Source of the DNA: Candidatus Neptunichlamydia sp.
GTDB taxonomy: Bacteria > Chlamydiota > Chlamydiia > Chlamydiales > Simkaniaceae
NCBI GenBank assembly: GCA_965233865.1
Contig: OZ247587.1
Coordinates: 1,664,001 to 1,728,000 of the forward strand
Reading direction: 5' to 3'
Length of the DNA: 64,000 nucleotides
A program made the position numbers and the translations under genes. The notes under the pieces were generated by a model. The model had not been told where the DNA came from and did not search any database. It saw only the letters and a program-made list of their open reading frames with translations. Numbering within the stretch: the first letter of the stretch is position 1; every line of letters starts with the position of its first letter. Positions 52,248-61,457 of this stretch are shown one piece after another.

Positions 52248-52449
52248 TGAGCTTATCGATTTTCAAGAAAAGAAGCTCCTGAGCTGCGCAGCCACAATTA
52301 TTCCGAATATTACAACTGATGACATCCTCCAACCTAATGATTATCCTGAGCTAGAAAACCATCCCTTTTTTCGGTATGAAGAAGGTGTGCTCAAAGGGCT
52401 TCATTCTGCAAAAATGGCAGTTTTAGCTCAGCAGAAAGAGATCTATTAG
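52219..52449 (+). CDS. Small conserved chlamydial hypothetical protein
   Basis: 76 aa containing DDILQPNDYPELENHPFFRYEEG; overlaps tadA. Confidence 0.8.
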   Translation: MKQQLKTLFNELIDFQEKKLLSCAATIIPNITTDDILQPNDYPELENHPFFRYEEGVLKGLHSAKMAVLAQQKEIY

Positions 52450-52493
52450 ATAGTCTTACTTAAAAGCAACGTAGTGTATTCGATGACACTATC

Positions 52494-53405
52494 TTAGGAT
52501 TGGATGCGGGAGATGCGCCACATGCGGAAACGCTCGCGTATTGTAAGGGAAGCTTTTCCTTCTTGAGAAATTTTATCGAGGCATGCATCCATGAATTCGT
52601 TGTCGTTGATAATAGCTTTTCCAGTCTTGAAATCGTAAACTTTTGAGGATTGCACTTTGATATCAACAACCTTTTTAAAGCGCGCCCGCATCTTTCGTTT
52701 GAAATAGATAATGCGCTTTTCTATCTTGTGTAGACGATAGAACGGCCCAAGGATTTCCCAGGCAAGCACAGAATAAAAATATCCGTAGAGCATGGCTCCA
52801 AGAGTTACGAGGAATGAGAGAGAGTTTCCATTAGAGAAATCAAGAAAGAGGTTTACAGCAATCAGGCCAAAAACAAGCCATTTTGCGCGAACCGGGAAGA
52901 GTAAAAAGAGCATAACATTGGCTTCAGGAAAGAGAAATGCCCAGGCAATGAGTAAGATGTAGATGGATGTTATAGCGCCTGCAAAAGGGAGCGCAGATCC
53001 AACAAGGAATAGACACATGTAGGCGATCAGGCCAACAAAAATGGCGCCACCAAAGTAGAGGCCTATAAAATGTTTCTTGCCACGGTCCTGAATTAGAGAA
53101 GAGCCAATTGCCCATAGCAAATAGAGGTTAAAAAAGACATGGAGGATAAGGGCCATGGAAATCCCTCCACCAGCAAGGGGCTGAATGAAGAGGTAAGAGA
53201 TAAATTGCCAAATAAAAAAATTGCGAATACCCCACGTTGTTAGGCTGAATAGGTGTTGAGGGCTGTAGGTGTGAAAAACTTGTGTAAAAAGATCGTTTGA
53301 AATGAGCGAGAAAAAACTTAAAATAAGCGTCGCAATAATTGTCCATTTGATAATTTTCGGGGTAGCCCTGGGGCCTAAACGAAATGCTTGAGAGTTGTCC
53401 ATCAT
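52494..53405 (-). CDS. Rhomboid-fold membrane protein, probably catalytically inactive
   Basis: WQFISYLF and HVFFN motifs plus a C-terminal [12 protein letters not shown]...LT..ER domain; GxSG and the catalytic His are absent. Confidence 0.8.
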   Translation of the reverse strand: MMDNSQAFRLGPRATPKIIKWTIIATLILSFFSLISNDLFTQVFHTYSPQHLFSLTTWGIRNFFIWQFISYLFIQPLAGGGISMALILHVFFNLYLLWAIGSSLIQDRGKKHFIGLYFGGAIFVGLIAYMCLFLVGSALPFAGAITSIYILLIAWAFLFPEANVMLFLLFPVRAKWLVFGLIAVNLFLDFSNGNSLSFLVTLGAMLYGYFYSVLAWEILGPFYRLHKIEKRIIYFKRKMRARFKKVVDIKVQSSKVYDFKTGKAIINDNEFMDACLDKISQEGKASLTIRERFRMWRISRIQS

Positions 53406-53518
53406 ATCCAAAGATTACCATATTCATGAATAAAAAATCAGTTTTTATGTTGTTTTTTATCTTCAAAAGAGGTTTAATCCCTCAGGAAAAACGACGATTA
53501 TTATCAAAGGAATTTTCA

Positions 53519-53878
53519 ATGAAGAAAGAAGGCCACCCTCCTTACCAGGACATCCTATTTGTAGATACAGCTACTGGACATAAATTTGTTTGTGGAAGCA
53601 CCTTGCAGCCCAAGGAAACTGATACTTACGAGGGAGAAAAGTACCCAGTCTATAAAGTGCCCATTTCTTCTGCTTCTCATCCTTTCTTTACCGGAAGTCA
53701 GCAATTTGTTGATTCCGAAGGACGGGTTGATAAGTTTAAAAAACGTTACAGCCGGAAACCTCAGGCAGAAAAGCAAGCTCAAAACAAAGAGCAAGAAGAT
53801 CAGGGAAAGAAAAAACCTGCTGCTAAAAAAACTGTTGTCAGAAAAACTGCGACGAAAAAAACTCCTCCTAAGGAGTAA
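53519..53878 (+). CDS. rpmE2: 50S ribosomal protein L31 type B with Lys-rich tail
   Basis: [17 protein letters not shown] and [10 protein letters not shown] motifs; no CxxC pairs. Confidence 0.95.
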   Translation: MKKEGHPPYQDILFVDTATGHKFVCGSTLQPKETDTYEGEKYPVYKVPISSASHPFFTGSQQFVDSEGRVDKFKKRYSRKPQAEKQAQNKEQEDQGKKKPAAKKTVVRKTATKKTPPKE

Positions 53879-53880
53879 TT

Positions 53881-54945
53881 TTGGAACAGAAACTGCAGGG
53901 GCTCTTGAATCGTTTTGAAGAGGTTGAAGCTGCCTTAGGCGCTCCCGGCATTCATTCGGATCAAAAGAAGTTTAGAGAGCTCTCGCAAGAGCATTCTTAC
54001 TTATCGGATCTCAAGGATGTTTACGAGCAGTTTCAAACCAGTAAAAAAGACCTTGGAAATAATCAGAATCTCCTAAAAGAAGAAAAAGACCCTGAATTTT
54101 CCGAGGTCATTCGTGAAGAAATTGAGAGTCTTAAGGAAAAAATAGCAAATCTGCAAGCTAAAATTGAAACTCTTCTTGTCCCTCCCGATCCTAACGATCA
54201 TGCTAATGTGATTATGGAGATCCGCGCAGGAACAGGAGGTGATGAAGCAGCAATCTTTGTAGGAGATTGCGTACGCATGTACCGCCTCTTTGCTGATAAA
54301 ATGGGATGGAAGTATGAAACCCTTTCACTTGCAGTTTCTGAAGCAGGGGGGTATAAAGAATATGTCATCTCTCTCACTGGGAAAAACGTTCATCGTCACC
54401 TCCAATATGAAGCAGGAATACACCGCGTTCAACGGGTTCCTGTAACCGAGACACAAGGGCGAGTTCATACCTCGGTAATCACAGTTGCTGTCTTAATGGA
54501 GCCTACTGAAGAAGAAAAAATTGTGATCGATGAGAGTGAGCTAAAAATCGATACATACCGTGCATCAGGAGCTGGTGGGCAGCACGTTAACACAACTGAC
54601 TCTGCTGTTCGGATTACGCACGTCCCTTCGGGTGTTGTTGTTTACTGCCAAGAAGAACGTTCACAGCACAAAAACAAAGAAAAAGCTCTTCGAGTTCTTG
54701 TGGCCAAGCTTGCTGAAGAACAGCGGCGCAAGCTACACGAGGAGCGGGCTTCACTTCGCTCAAGCCAAGTTGGCACAGGCGACCGCTCTGGGAGAATTCG
54801 CACTTATAACTATTCCCAAAATCGGGTGACCGATCATCGCATTAATCTTACTCTTTATAAGCTAGATCAAATCATGGAAGGGGACTTATCTGAGATGACA
54901 GAAGCTCTTATTGGGCATTTCTATCAGGAAAAGCTTCATGCGTAA
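53881..54945 (+). CDS. prfA: Peptide chain release factor 1
   Basis: [14 protein letters not shown] tripeptide anticodon and GGQ motif. Confidence 0.98.
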   Translation: MEQKLQGLLNRFEEVEAALGAPGIHSDQKKFRELSQEHSYLSDLKDVYEQFQTSKKDLGNNQNLLKEEKDPEFSEVIREEIESLKEKIANLQAKIETLLVPPDPNDHANVIMEIRAGTGGDEAAIFVGDCVRMYRLFADKMGWKYETLSLAVSEAGGYKEYVISLTGKNVHRHLQYEAGIHRVQRVPVTETQGRVHTSVITVAVLMEPTEEEKIVIDESELKIDTYRASGAGGQHVNTTDSAVRITHVPSGVVVYCQEERSQHKNKEKALRVLVAKLAEEQRRKLHEERASLRSSQVGTGDRSGRIRTYNYSQNRVTDHRINLTLYKLDQIMEGDLSEMTEALIGHFYQEKLHA

Positions 54946-55780
54946 TATCCGCGAGCTTGTTAAGCTTTCCACGGATTTTCTAGAAAAGAAAGGCGTTTCC
55001 CATGCGCGGCGCGTGGCTGAAGAGCTTCTTGCAGCCCTTCTTAATCAGAAACGATTAGAGCTCTACTTTGATTATGATGCACCCGTTGAAGAAAATGAGG
55101 TTGTAAAGTACCGAGAGTGGATTAAGAGGAAAGGGAATAAAGAACCTCTAGCATATATTCTAGGAGAAGTGGAGTTTTTGGGCCTTACCCTTAAGGTGAA
55201 CTCAGAAACCCTTATTCCAAGACAAGAAACGGAAATCCTTGCTGACCTAGTGGTGAAATCTTTTCCTAAAGAATCTTGTATTGTTTGGGATCTCTGTACA
55301 GGAAGTGGATGTCTTGGGCTTGCAATTAAGAACAAGCGTGCAGACTGCTCTGTTAGCCTCTCAGACATTTCCACAGAAGCGCTTGCTGTTGCAAGAGAAA
55401 ATGCACTTTTAAACGAGCTTGCTGTTGAGATTATTGAGGGAGACTTACTAGCCCCTTTTAAGGGAAAGAAATGTGACATTTTAGTCTGTAACCCTCCTTA
55501 TATCACTCAGGATGAATATGAAGAATTAGAAGATGAGGTGCGCCTCTATGAGCCCAAACGAGCCTTAGTAGGTGAAAGTGACTTCTATGAGCAGTTATCG
55601 CTAGATCTTCCTGCCTACCTTAACCCAGGTGCAAAACTTTTTTTTGAGATAGGGGCGGGCCAAGGGGGAGTTCTTCATGCTCTATTTAATCAAAGTCATT
55701 GGAAACAAAAGCGGTGTGAAAAAGATTGGGCCGGTCATGACCGTTTCTTTTTCCTTGAGTATCACCCAAAAACAGAGTAA
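54938..55780 (+). CDS. prmC: Release factor glutamine methyltransferase
   Basis: [21 protein letters not shown] and NPPY motifs. Confidence 0.96.
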   Translation: MRNIRELVKLSTDFLEKKGVSHARRVAEELLAALLNQKRLELYFDYDAPVEENEVVKYREWIKRKGNKEPLAYILGEVEFLGLTLKVNSETLIPRQETEILADLVVKSFPKESCIVWDLCTGSGCLGLAIKNKRADCSVSLSDISTEALAVARENALLNELAVEIIEGDLLAPFKGKKCDILVCNPPYITQDEYEELEDEVRLYEPKRALVGESDFYEQLSLDLPAYLNPGAKLFFEIGAGQGGVLHALFNQSHWKQKRCEKDWAGHDRFFFLEYHPKTE

Positions 55781-55783
55781 AAT
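55755..55783 (+). promoter_or_regulatory. ffh promoter
   Basis: TTGAGT-17-TAAAAT, with AAGGAG SD downstream. Confidence 0.6.
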
Positions 55784-55805
55784 AGATTCTTTCAAGGAGT
55801 ACTGA

Positions 55806-57173
55806 ATGTTTGGTGGTATCACAGAAAAATTTCAAAATGTTTTCTCAGCCTTAGCTTCAAAGAAAAAGTTAACAGATGAGAATATTTCTGATGCGGTGAG
55901 AGAGGTCCGCATGGCTCTTCTCGATGCCGATGTGAACTACACTGTTACAAAAAGCTTCATTAAACGTGTCAAAGAAAAAGCGCTAGGGGAAGAGGTTCTT
56001 AAATCTGTTGATGCTGGCGATCTTTTTACAAAAATCGTACATGATGAGTTAAAAGCTCTGATGGGAGAAAATGAGGCGGAACTTGATATTGGGCGTTGTC
56101 CATCCGTCATCCTAATGTGTGGTCTTCAAGGATCTGGAAAAACTACGCAATCTGCAAAACTTGCTCTCTACCTGAAAAAGCAAAATAAGAAAGTCCTCAT
56201 CGCTGCTTGCGACTTGCAACGTCCTGCCGCTATCGACCAGTTAGAAACACTTGGTGCTCAAGTTGAAGTTCCTATTTATGCCGATCGAGATCAAAAAAAT
56301 GCTGTTAAAGTTGCTAAAGCTGCCTTAGAGCGGGCTAAAAAAGAAGCGTTTGATGTCCTTATTGTCGATACCTCTGGACGCCTTCATGTTGATGAAGAGC
56401 TTATGAAAGAGCTGGAAAAGATAAAAGGAGCAGTAGCTCCCCATGAAATCCTCTTTGTTGCGAACGCATCGACGGGACAAGATGCAGTTAAAACCGCTGC
56501 TGATTTCGATAGTCGGATTGCAATCACTGGAACAATTCTCACTATGCTTGATGGAAATACGCGTGCTGGAGCTGCAATCTCTATTCGCGAAGTGACAGGT
56601 AAGCCTCTCAAGTTTGAAGGGATTGGGGAAAAAGTGACTGATCTCCAACTTTTTAACCCGCAATCAATGGCTGATCGCATCCTTGGGATGGGAGATGTTA
56701 TTAATCTTGTCAAGAAAGCTCAAGAGCATGTTGATGAAGAAGAATCTTTAAAAATGGAAAAGAAGCTTCGCAAAGCAACATTTACTTTCGATGACTTTCT
56801 TAAACAGATGCGCTCCATAAAAAAAATGGGCTCTCTAAAAGGTCTTCTTTCTATGCTTCCTGGATTTAATAAGATGGGAGGGGACTTTGATATGTCCGAT
56901 AAAGAGCTCTCAAAGATCGAAGCGATTATCCTCTCAATGACTTTCAATGAGCGCACTGGTCTAGATGAGCTTTTCCCCTCTCGCCGCCGCCGGGTCGCAA
57001 ATGGAAGTGGTTCCTCTATTGATGATGTTAACCGGATGATCAAGAATTTTAAGCGAATCAAGCAGATGATGAAAAAGATGCCGGGTATGAAAAAGAAGTT
57101 CATGAATGACCCGCAGATGAAAGATCAGCTCAGCGCTCTAAAAGGGCAATCCTCATCACTTTTTCTTAAGTAA
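55806..57173 (+). CDS. ffh: Signal recognition particle protein
   Basis: ALLDADV, GLQGSGKTT, DTSGR and RILGMGD motifs; Met-rich M domain. Confidence 0.98.
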   Translation: MFGGITEKFQNVFSALASKKKLTDENISDAVREVRMALLDADVNYTVTKSFIKRVKEKALGEEVLKSVDAGDLFTKIVHDELKALMGENEAELDIGRCPSVILMCGLQGSGKTTQSAKLALYLKKQNKKVLIAACDLQRPAAIDQLETLGAQVEVPIYADRDQKNAVKVAKAALERAKKEAFDVLIVDTSGRLHVDEELMKELEKIKGAVAPHEILFVANASTGQDAVKTAADFDSRIAITGTILTMLDGNTRAGAAISIREVTGKPLKFEGIGEKVTDLQLFNPQSMADRILGMGDVINLVKKAQEHVDEEESLKMEKKLRKATFTFDDFLKQMRSIKKMGSLKGLLSMLPGFNKMGGDFDMSDKELSKIEAIILSMTFNERTGLDELFPSRRRRVANGSGSSIDDVNRMIKNFKRIKQMMKKMPGMKKKFMNDPQMKDQLSALKGQSSSLFLK

Positions 57174-57231
57174 TCCCATTGATGACAACTTTCTGCTCTC
57201 TTAGATTTTTTTGAAGTCGTCTGCTTAGCAT

Positions 57232-57669
57232 GACTTTTTATTATAAGAAATTCAAAGAGAATGGTATTAGTTTTGTTTAATCTTCCTGGGGATTTTTGAG
57301 TAATAGCCCTTTCACAAAGTAGGAAAGGGTTATCTCCCGACTGCTATACTTACGATCTGTCAGTTTTTTTGTAATGGAATTTGGGTATCCAGGAAAATAG
57401 CGCGAAATACTCATAGGTTTCCTCTTTTGATGAATTCAAGGGGCGCGATACGGAAAATAGAGAAATAAGCAAACATTTTTTTATTGATTATGAGTATTTG
57501 TATATTTCATTTTTCTATGAATTGACATCAAATCTCATCCTGGATCAGTCGTTTTTTTGTTCTATATTTTTTCAGAAACTGAATGAATTTTTTGATAAAA
57601 TTAGAAATTAGAAGGGTTGCGGTGGTTTTTAATACCATTTTTTTCGAGCATGGTTTATGATGGGCAGTC
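57232..57669 (+). other. Long imperfect fold-back (candidate structured RNA) in the ffh-rpsP spacer
   Basis: Nested complementary blocks around a common axis, many completed by G·U pairs on the + strand (see findings). Confidence 0.55.
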
Positions 57670-57698
57670 TTACAATTTGTGAATTGGAGTTTACATAG

Positions 57699-58019
57699 AT
57701 GGCACTAAAGATTCGCCTAAGACAACAGGGCCGAACCAATAGATTGACTTATCGCTTAGTTGTTGCAGATGCTCGTTCCCCTAGAGATGGGAAATACGTT
57801 GAAAATCTCGGACATTATGATCCTCATCATGAAGAGGGTAAAGATGCTGTAGTCAAAGAAGATCGCATCCAGTTTTGGGTTGATAATGGAGCTGAGCTGA
57901 GTGAAAAAGCATATGCTTTAATTGCTCGAAAAGCTCCTGAAGTGATCAAAAGCATTCGTAATCGAGAGCTTGCTAAAGTGAAAAAGCGTAGCGAAAAGCG
58001 CAAAGCGAAAAAGAAGTAA
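57699..58019 (+). CDS. rpsP: 30S ribosomal protein S16
   Basis: MALKIRL and YRLVVADARSPRDGKYVENLGHYDP motifs. Confidence 0.98.
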   Translation: MALKIRLRQQGRTNRLTYRLVVADARSPRDGKYVENLGHYDPHHEEGKDAVVKEDRIQFWVDNGAELSEKAYALIARKAPEVIKSIRNRELAKVKKRSEKRKAKKK

Positions 58020-58027
58020 TTTTTTCG

Positions 58028-58696
58028 ATGCGCTACGATATTTTATCCCTCTTTCCGGAGTATTTTGAGGGTCCCTTTGATGTCAGTATGATTAACAGAG
58101 GGCGGAAAAAAGGGCTGCTGGAAATTAACCTTGTGAATATGAGGGATTTTTCTTCAGGAAGATATCAGCAAATCGATGATCGTCCGTATGGCGGTGGACC
58201 AGGGATGGTCCTAATGGCAGAACCTGTCATAAAGGCCGTGCGAAGTGTTAAGAAAGAAAATTCCTATGTGGTCTATCTGACCCCTCAGGGAAAACCTCTC
58301 ACCGCTAAACGGTGTGGGGAACTGGCCAAAAAAACACATTTGATTGTTGTATGTGGCCATTATGAGGGGATCGATGAGCGTGTTATTGAGAGCGAAATCG
58401 ATGAAGAGATTAGCATTGGGGATTACGTGCTTACAAGTGGCGCCCCGGCTGCCATTGTTTTGGTTGATAGTGTCTCCCGCTTTATTCCGGGAGTGATTGG
58501 AAACGAAGAAGCAACGCAGCAAGACTCTTTTGAAAATGGAATGTTTGATTGTCCGGTTTATACCCGGCCTCCTATTTTTGAAGGAAGAGAGGTTCCTGAG
58601 GTTTTAAAAAACGGGAATCATGCTGAGATTAAGGCTTGGCGAGAAACGCAGGCACAAGAGAAAACAGAGCGGGTTCGACCCGACCTAAGAAACTAG
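58028..58696 (+). CDS. trmD: tRNA (guanine37-N1)-methyltransferase
   Basis: DDRPYGGGPGMV, CGHYEGIDER, SIGDYVL and YTRP motifs. Confidence 0.98.
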   Translation: MRYDILSLFPEYFEGPFDVSMINRGRKKGLLEINLVNMRDFSSGRYQQIDDRPYGGGPGMVLMAEPVIKAVRSVKKENSYVVYLTPQGKPLTAKRCGELAKKTHLIVVCGHYEGIDERVIESEIDEEISIGDYVLTSGAPAAIVLVDSVSRFIPGVIGNEEATQQDSFENGMFDCPVYTRPPIFEGREVPEVLKNGNHAEIKAWRETQAQEKTERVRPDLRN

Positions 58697-58721
58697 AATA
58701 TCTAATTAGGAGAAATGAATC

Positions 58722-59162
58722 ATGAGCCGCGATGCGCTACTTGAGGAAATTGAAGCTAGTCAACTTAAGGCAGACATCCCCCACTTTAATGTCGGCGACA
58801 CGATCAAAGTTCACATCCGTATTATCGAAGGAGAAAAAGAAAGAATCCAGGTTTTTTCTGGAACTGTCATTGCTCGAAAAGGCTCGGGCATTTCTGAAAC
58901 TTTTTCGATGTACCGAGTGGCTTACGGCGCTGGAATGGAGCGGGTATTTCCACTGCATAGCCCCCGAATTGCCAAGATCGAAGTCGTTCGATTAGGAAAA
59001 GTAAGACGAGCAAAACTTTATTACCTCCGCGGAACCGCTGGAAAAGCAGCGAAGGTTAAGGAGAAAATTGGGCGGAAAAAGGACAAAAAAGGTCCAGCTC
59101 TTGTAGAAGATCCTGCACCTCCAAAGGTAGAGACAAAGGCTGAGGCTCCTAAATCGGAGTAG
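58722..59162 (+). CDS. rplS: 50S ribosomal protein L19
   Basis: GEKERIQ and [12 protein letters not shown] motifs. Confidence 0.98.
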   Translation: MSRDALLEEIEASQLKADIPHFNVGDTIKVHIRIIEGEKERIQVFSGTVIARKGSGISETFSMYRVAYGAGMERVFPLHSPRIAKIEVVRLGKVRRAKLYYLRGTAGKAAKVKEKIGRKKDKKGPALVEDPAPPKVETKAEAPKSE

Positions 59163-59164
59163 AG

Positions 59165-59812
59165 TTGAACGATCAAACCTTTTTTGAAGAGGGCGCCTAC
59201 AATGCTGGGCACCGGCTGATTGCAGGTGTAGATGAAGCAGGGCGAGGTCCTCTTGCTGGCCCCGTTGTTGCTGCTGCTTGTATTCTTCCTAGAGGACTTC
59301 AGATTAAGGGAATTGATGATAGTAAAAAACTCACTTCAGAGAAACGAGAGGAGCTTTATCACGCTCTCACCACTCATCCTGACATCTACTATGGCATTGG
59401 AGTTCTTAAAAGCGTAGTCATTGATAAGATCAACATCTTGCAAGCTGCTCTTGGCGCTATGGCACTAGCTGTGGATGCGCTCAGCGTTGAGCCCGATTAT
59501 CTCCTCATTGATGGCAATCACCTTCCTCCGACACATATTGCAGCTAAAGCGGTAATTAAGGGGGATGGCCGTTCACTAAGTATTGGAGCAGCTTCGATCA
59601 TTGCTAAGCATCATCGGGATATTTTGATGAAGCAGTTCCATGAGAAGTATCCTCATTACGGATTTGATCGTCACAAAGGATATGGAACAAAGGGGCATGT
59701 GGAAGCCCTTAGAGCTTATGGCCCTTGCCCGATTCATCGAACTTCTTTTGAGCCGGTGCGGTCCTTGACTTGCAGCGGTGAATCAGTTATAAAACCTTCA
59801 CAACCAAAGTAG
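59165..59812 (+). CDS. rnhB: Ribonuclease HII
   Basis: GVDEAGRGPLAGPV, DSKKL, KGD, AASIIAK and HKGYGT motifs. Confidence 0.97.
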   Translation: MNDQTFFEEGAYNAGHRLIAGVDEAGRGPLAGPVVAAACILPRGLQIKGIDDSKKLTSEKREELYHALTTHPDIYYGIGVLKSVVIDKINILQAALGAMALAVDALSVEPDYLLIDGNHLPPTHIAAKAVIKGDGRSLSIGAASIIAKHHRDILMKQFHEKYPHYGFDRHKGYGTKGHVEALRAYGPCPIHRTSFEPVRSLTCSGESVIKPSQPK

Positions 59813-59822
59813 GATTTTCTCT

Positions 59823-60704
59823 ATGGCGCGTAGCATGACAGCCTATGGACGGTCTCACCTTAAAACTGGAGTGGGACATTTTATTATCGAAATTCATTCG
59901 GTAAACCGAAAAAGTTTAGATATCCACTCGAACATTCCAAAAGAACTTCTTTGCTTGGATATGAAACTCAGGAAGCATTTGGGTGAAGAAGTAAAGCGGG
60001 GCAATGTTACCATCCGGATTACGAAGGATAGTGGTCAAGGGGACTCTTCCGAAGCTCCCAACCTAGGGGTGATGAAGGCGATCCATAAAGAGTGGATGGA
60101 GTGTGCGTTGGGGCTTGGCTATAAAAAGGAAGAAGCCATTCCCTTCTCCTCGTTGATGCAATTTGTGATGACCTCTTCTCCTTCAATTCAAAGGGTTGAT
60201 AAAATTTTTGAAAATGAGTTGATGCTAGGGTTTGATGAAGCCATGGTTGCTTTTATTGCGATGAAAGAAACAGAGGGGAATTCTCTTAAAGAAGATATTC
60301 TTCCACGCCTTTGCCAGGTTGCAGAAGATATCGACAAGGTGAAAAAGCTTACAAAAGAAGCTCCAAAGCGGTTTTATGAACGTTTGGAAAAAAAACTTGA
60401 AGAGATCAAGATGAATCATGAAGGGGATAAGGATCGCCTGGCCAGAGAGCTCGTTATTTTTGCGGATAAGGTAGATATTACTGAAGAAATTACGCGCCTT
60501 GCTTCTCATATCAAACAGTTCCACAATATCTTAAATGAAGATAAGCGGAGGGTAGGACGGGAGCTAGACTTTCTCACACAAGAGATGAATCGCGAGGTGA
60601 ATACTATCACAGCAAAATCGCAGGAGCTTGGAATTACCCAGTTGATTTTGTCAATAAAAAGTGAACTCGAAAAGATCCGAGAGCAATTGCAGAATATTGA
60701 ATGA
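59823..60704 (+). CDS. YicC/YloC family endoribonuclease
   Basis: SMTAYG, SVNRK, EEITRL, GRELDFLTQEMNREVNT and REQLQNIE motifs. Confidence 0.95.
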   Translation: MARSMTAYGRSHLKTGVGHFIIEIHSVNRKSLDIHSNIPKELLCLDMKLRKHLGEEVKRGNVTIRITKDSGQGDSSEAPNLGVMKAIHKEWMECALGLGYKKEEAIPFSSLMQFVMTSSPSIQRVDKIFENELMLGFDEAMVAFIAMKETEGNSLKEDILPRLCQVAEDIDKVKKLTKEAPKRFYERLEKKLEEIKMNHEGDKDRLARELVIFADKVDITEEITRLASHIKQFHNILNEDKRRVGRELDFLTQEMNREVNTITAKSQELGITQLILSIKSELEKIREQLQNIE

Positions 60705-61288
60705 AAAAGAAAGGCGAACTAATTATTGTAAGTGCTCCAGCAGGAACAGGGAAAACCACCCTTGTTCACATGTTGAAGAAAGAATACCCTGAAGAAGTGG
60801 TTCAAAGTATTTCGTGCACGACTCGAAAACCCCGCCCTGGGGAAATCGATGGAAAAGATTATGTCTTTCTGACTAATGAAGCGTTTGAGAAGCGAGTAAA
60901 TAAGGGAGATTTTCTGGAATATGCGACGGTATTTGGGCATCGGTACGGAACCTTAAAAAAACTTATTGAGGCGCAATGCGCGGTTGGAAAGCACGTCATT
61001 TTGGTGATCGATACTCAAGGAGCAATAGAGCTTAAGAAAAAAACAAAAGCCATTTATATTTTTATTGAACCGCCTTCAATAGAAATCCTTGAAGAGAGAT
61101 TAAAAAATCGCAGAACTGAGTCGCCTGAAACTCTCAAAAAACGGCTGAAATGGGCCCAATATGAGATGGATCAGGCAAAACATTATGACTATACGATCGT
61201 TAATGACGATTTAGAAACTGCCTATGAGGCGTTAAAGAGTATTATAGTAGCCAAGAATTACGAAGGAGGAAATCATGGCACAAGATGA
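60701..61288 (+). CDS. gmk: Guanylate kinase
   Basis: SAPAGTGKTT, TTRKPRPGE, YGT and IDTQGA motifs. Confidence 0.97.
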   Translation: MKKKGELIIVSAPAGTGKTTLVHMLKKEYPEEVVQSISCTTRKPRPGEIDGKDYVFLTNEAFEKRVNKGDFLEYATVFGHRYGTLKKLIEAQCAVGKHVILVIDTQGAIELKKKTKAIYIFIEPPSIEILEERLKNRRTESPETLKKRLKWAQYEMDQAKHYDYTIVNDDLETAYEALKSIIVAKNYEGGNHGTR

Positions 61289-61457
61289 ATTAACAAAAGA
61301 AAGTTATACCACCCTATTCTCAAATAATTTTGAGTTGACACACCACGCTATCGATGTGGCGCAGAGACAAATCCAAAGTGGAAATGAAGATCTTAATGTG
61401 ACACAGATGCTCAAAGAGATCCGTAAAAATCCGCCGAAACGAGAAGAACAAGAGTGA
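61275..61457 (+). CDS. rpoZ: Probable RNA polymerase omega subunit (divergent)
   Basis: 60-aa ORF between gmk and metG with GGAGG SD; NNFELTHHAIDVA resembles the omega N-F/Y-LV-A-A helix. Confidence 0.65.
   Translation: MAQDELTKESYTTLFSNNFELTHHAIDVAQRQIQSGNEDLNVTQMLKEIRKNPPKREEQE

Noticed and set aside
57174..57698. SRP 4.5S RNA, RNase P, tmRNA or group I/II intron beside ffh
   Set aside because: I found no SRP helix-8 motif, RNase P P4 motif, tRNA-like ends or group II domain V. The region is kept only as an unknown fold-back.
58019..58028. Absence of rimM between rpsP and trmD
   Set aside because: This matches the usual chlamydial gene order and is not special to this genome.
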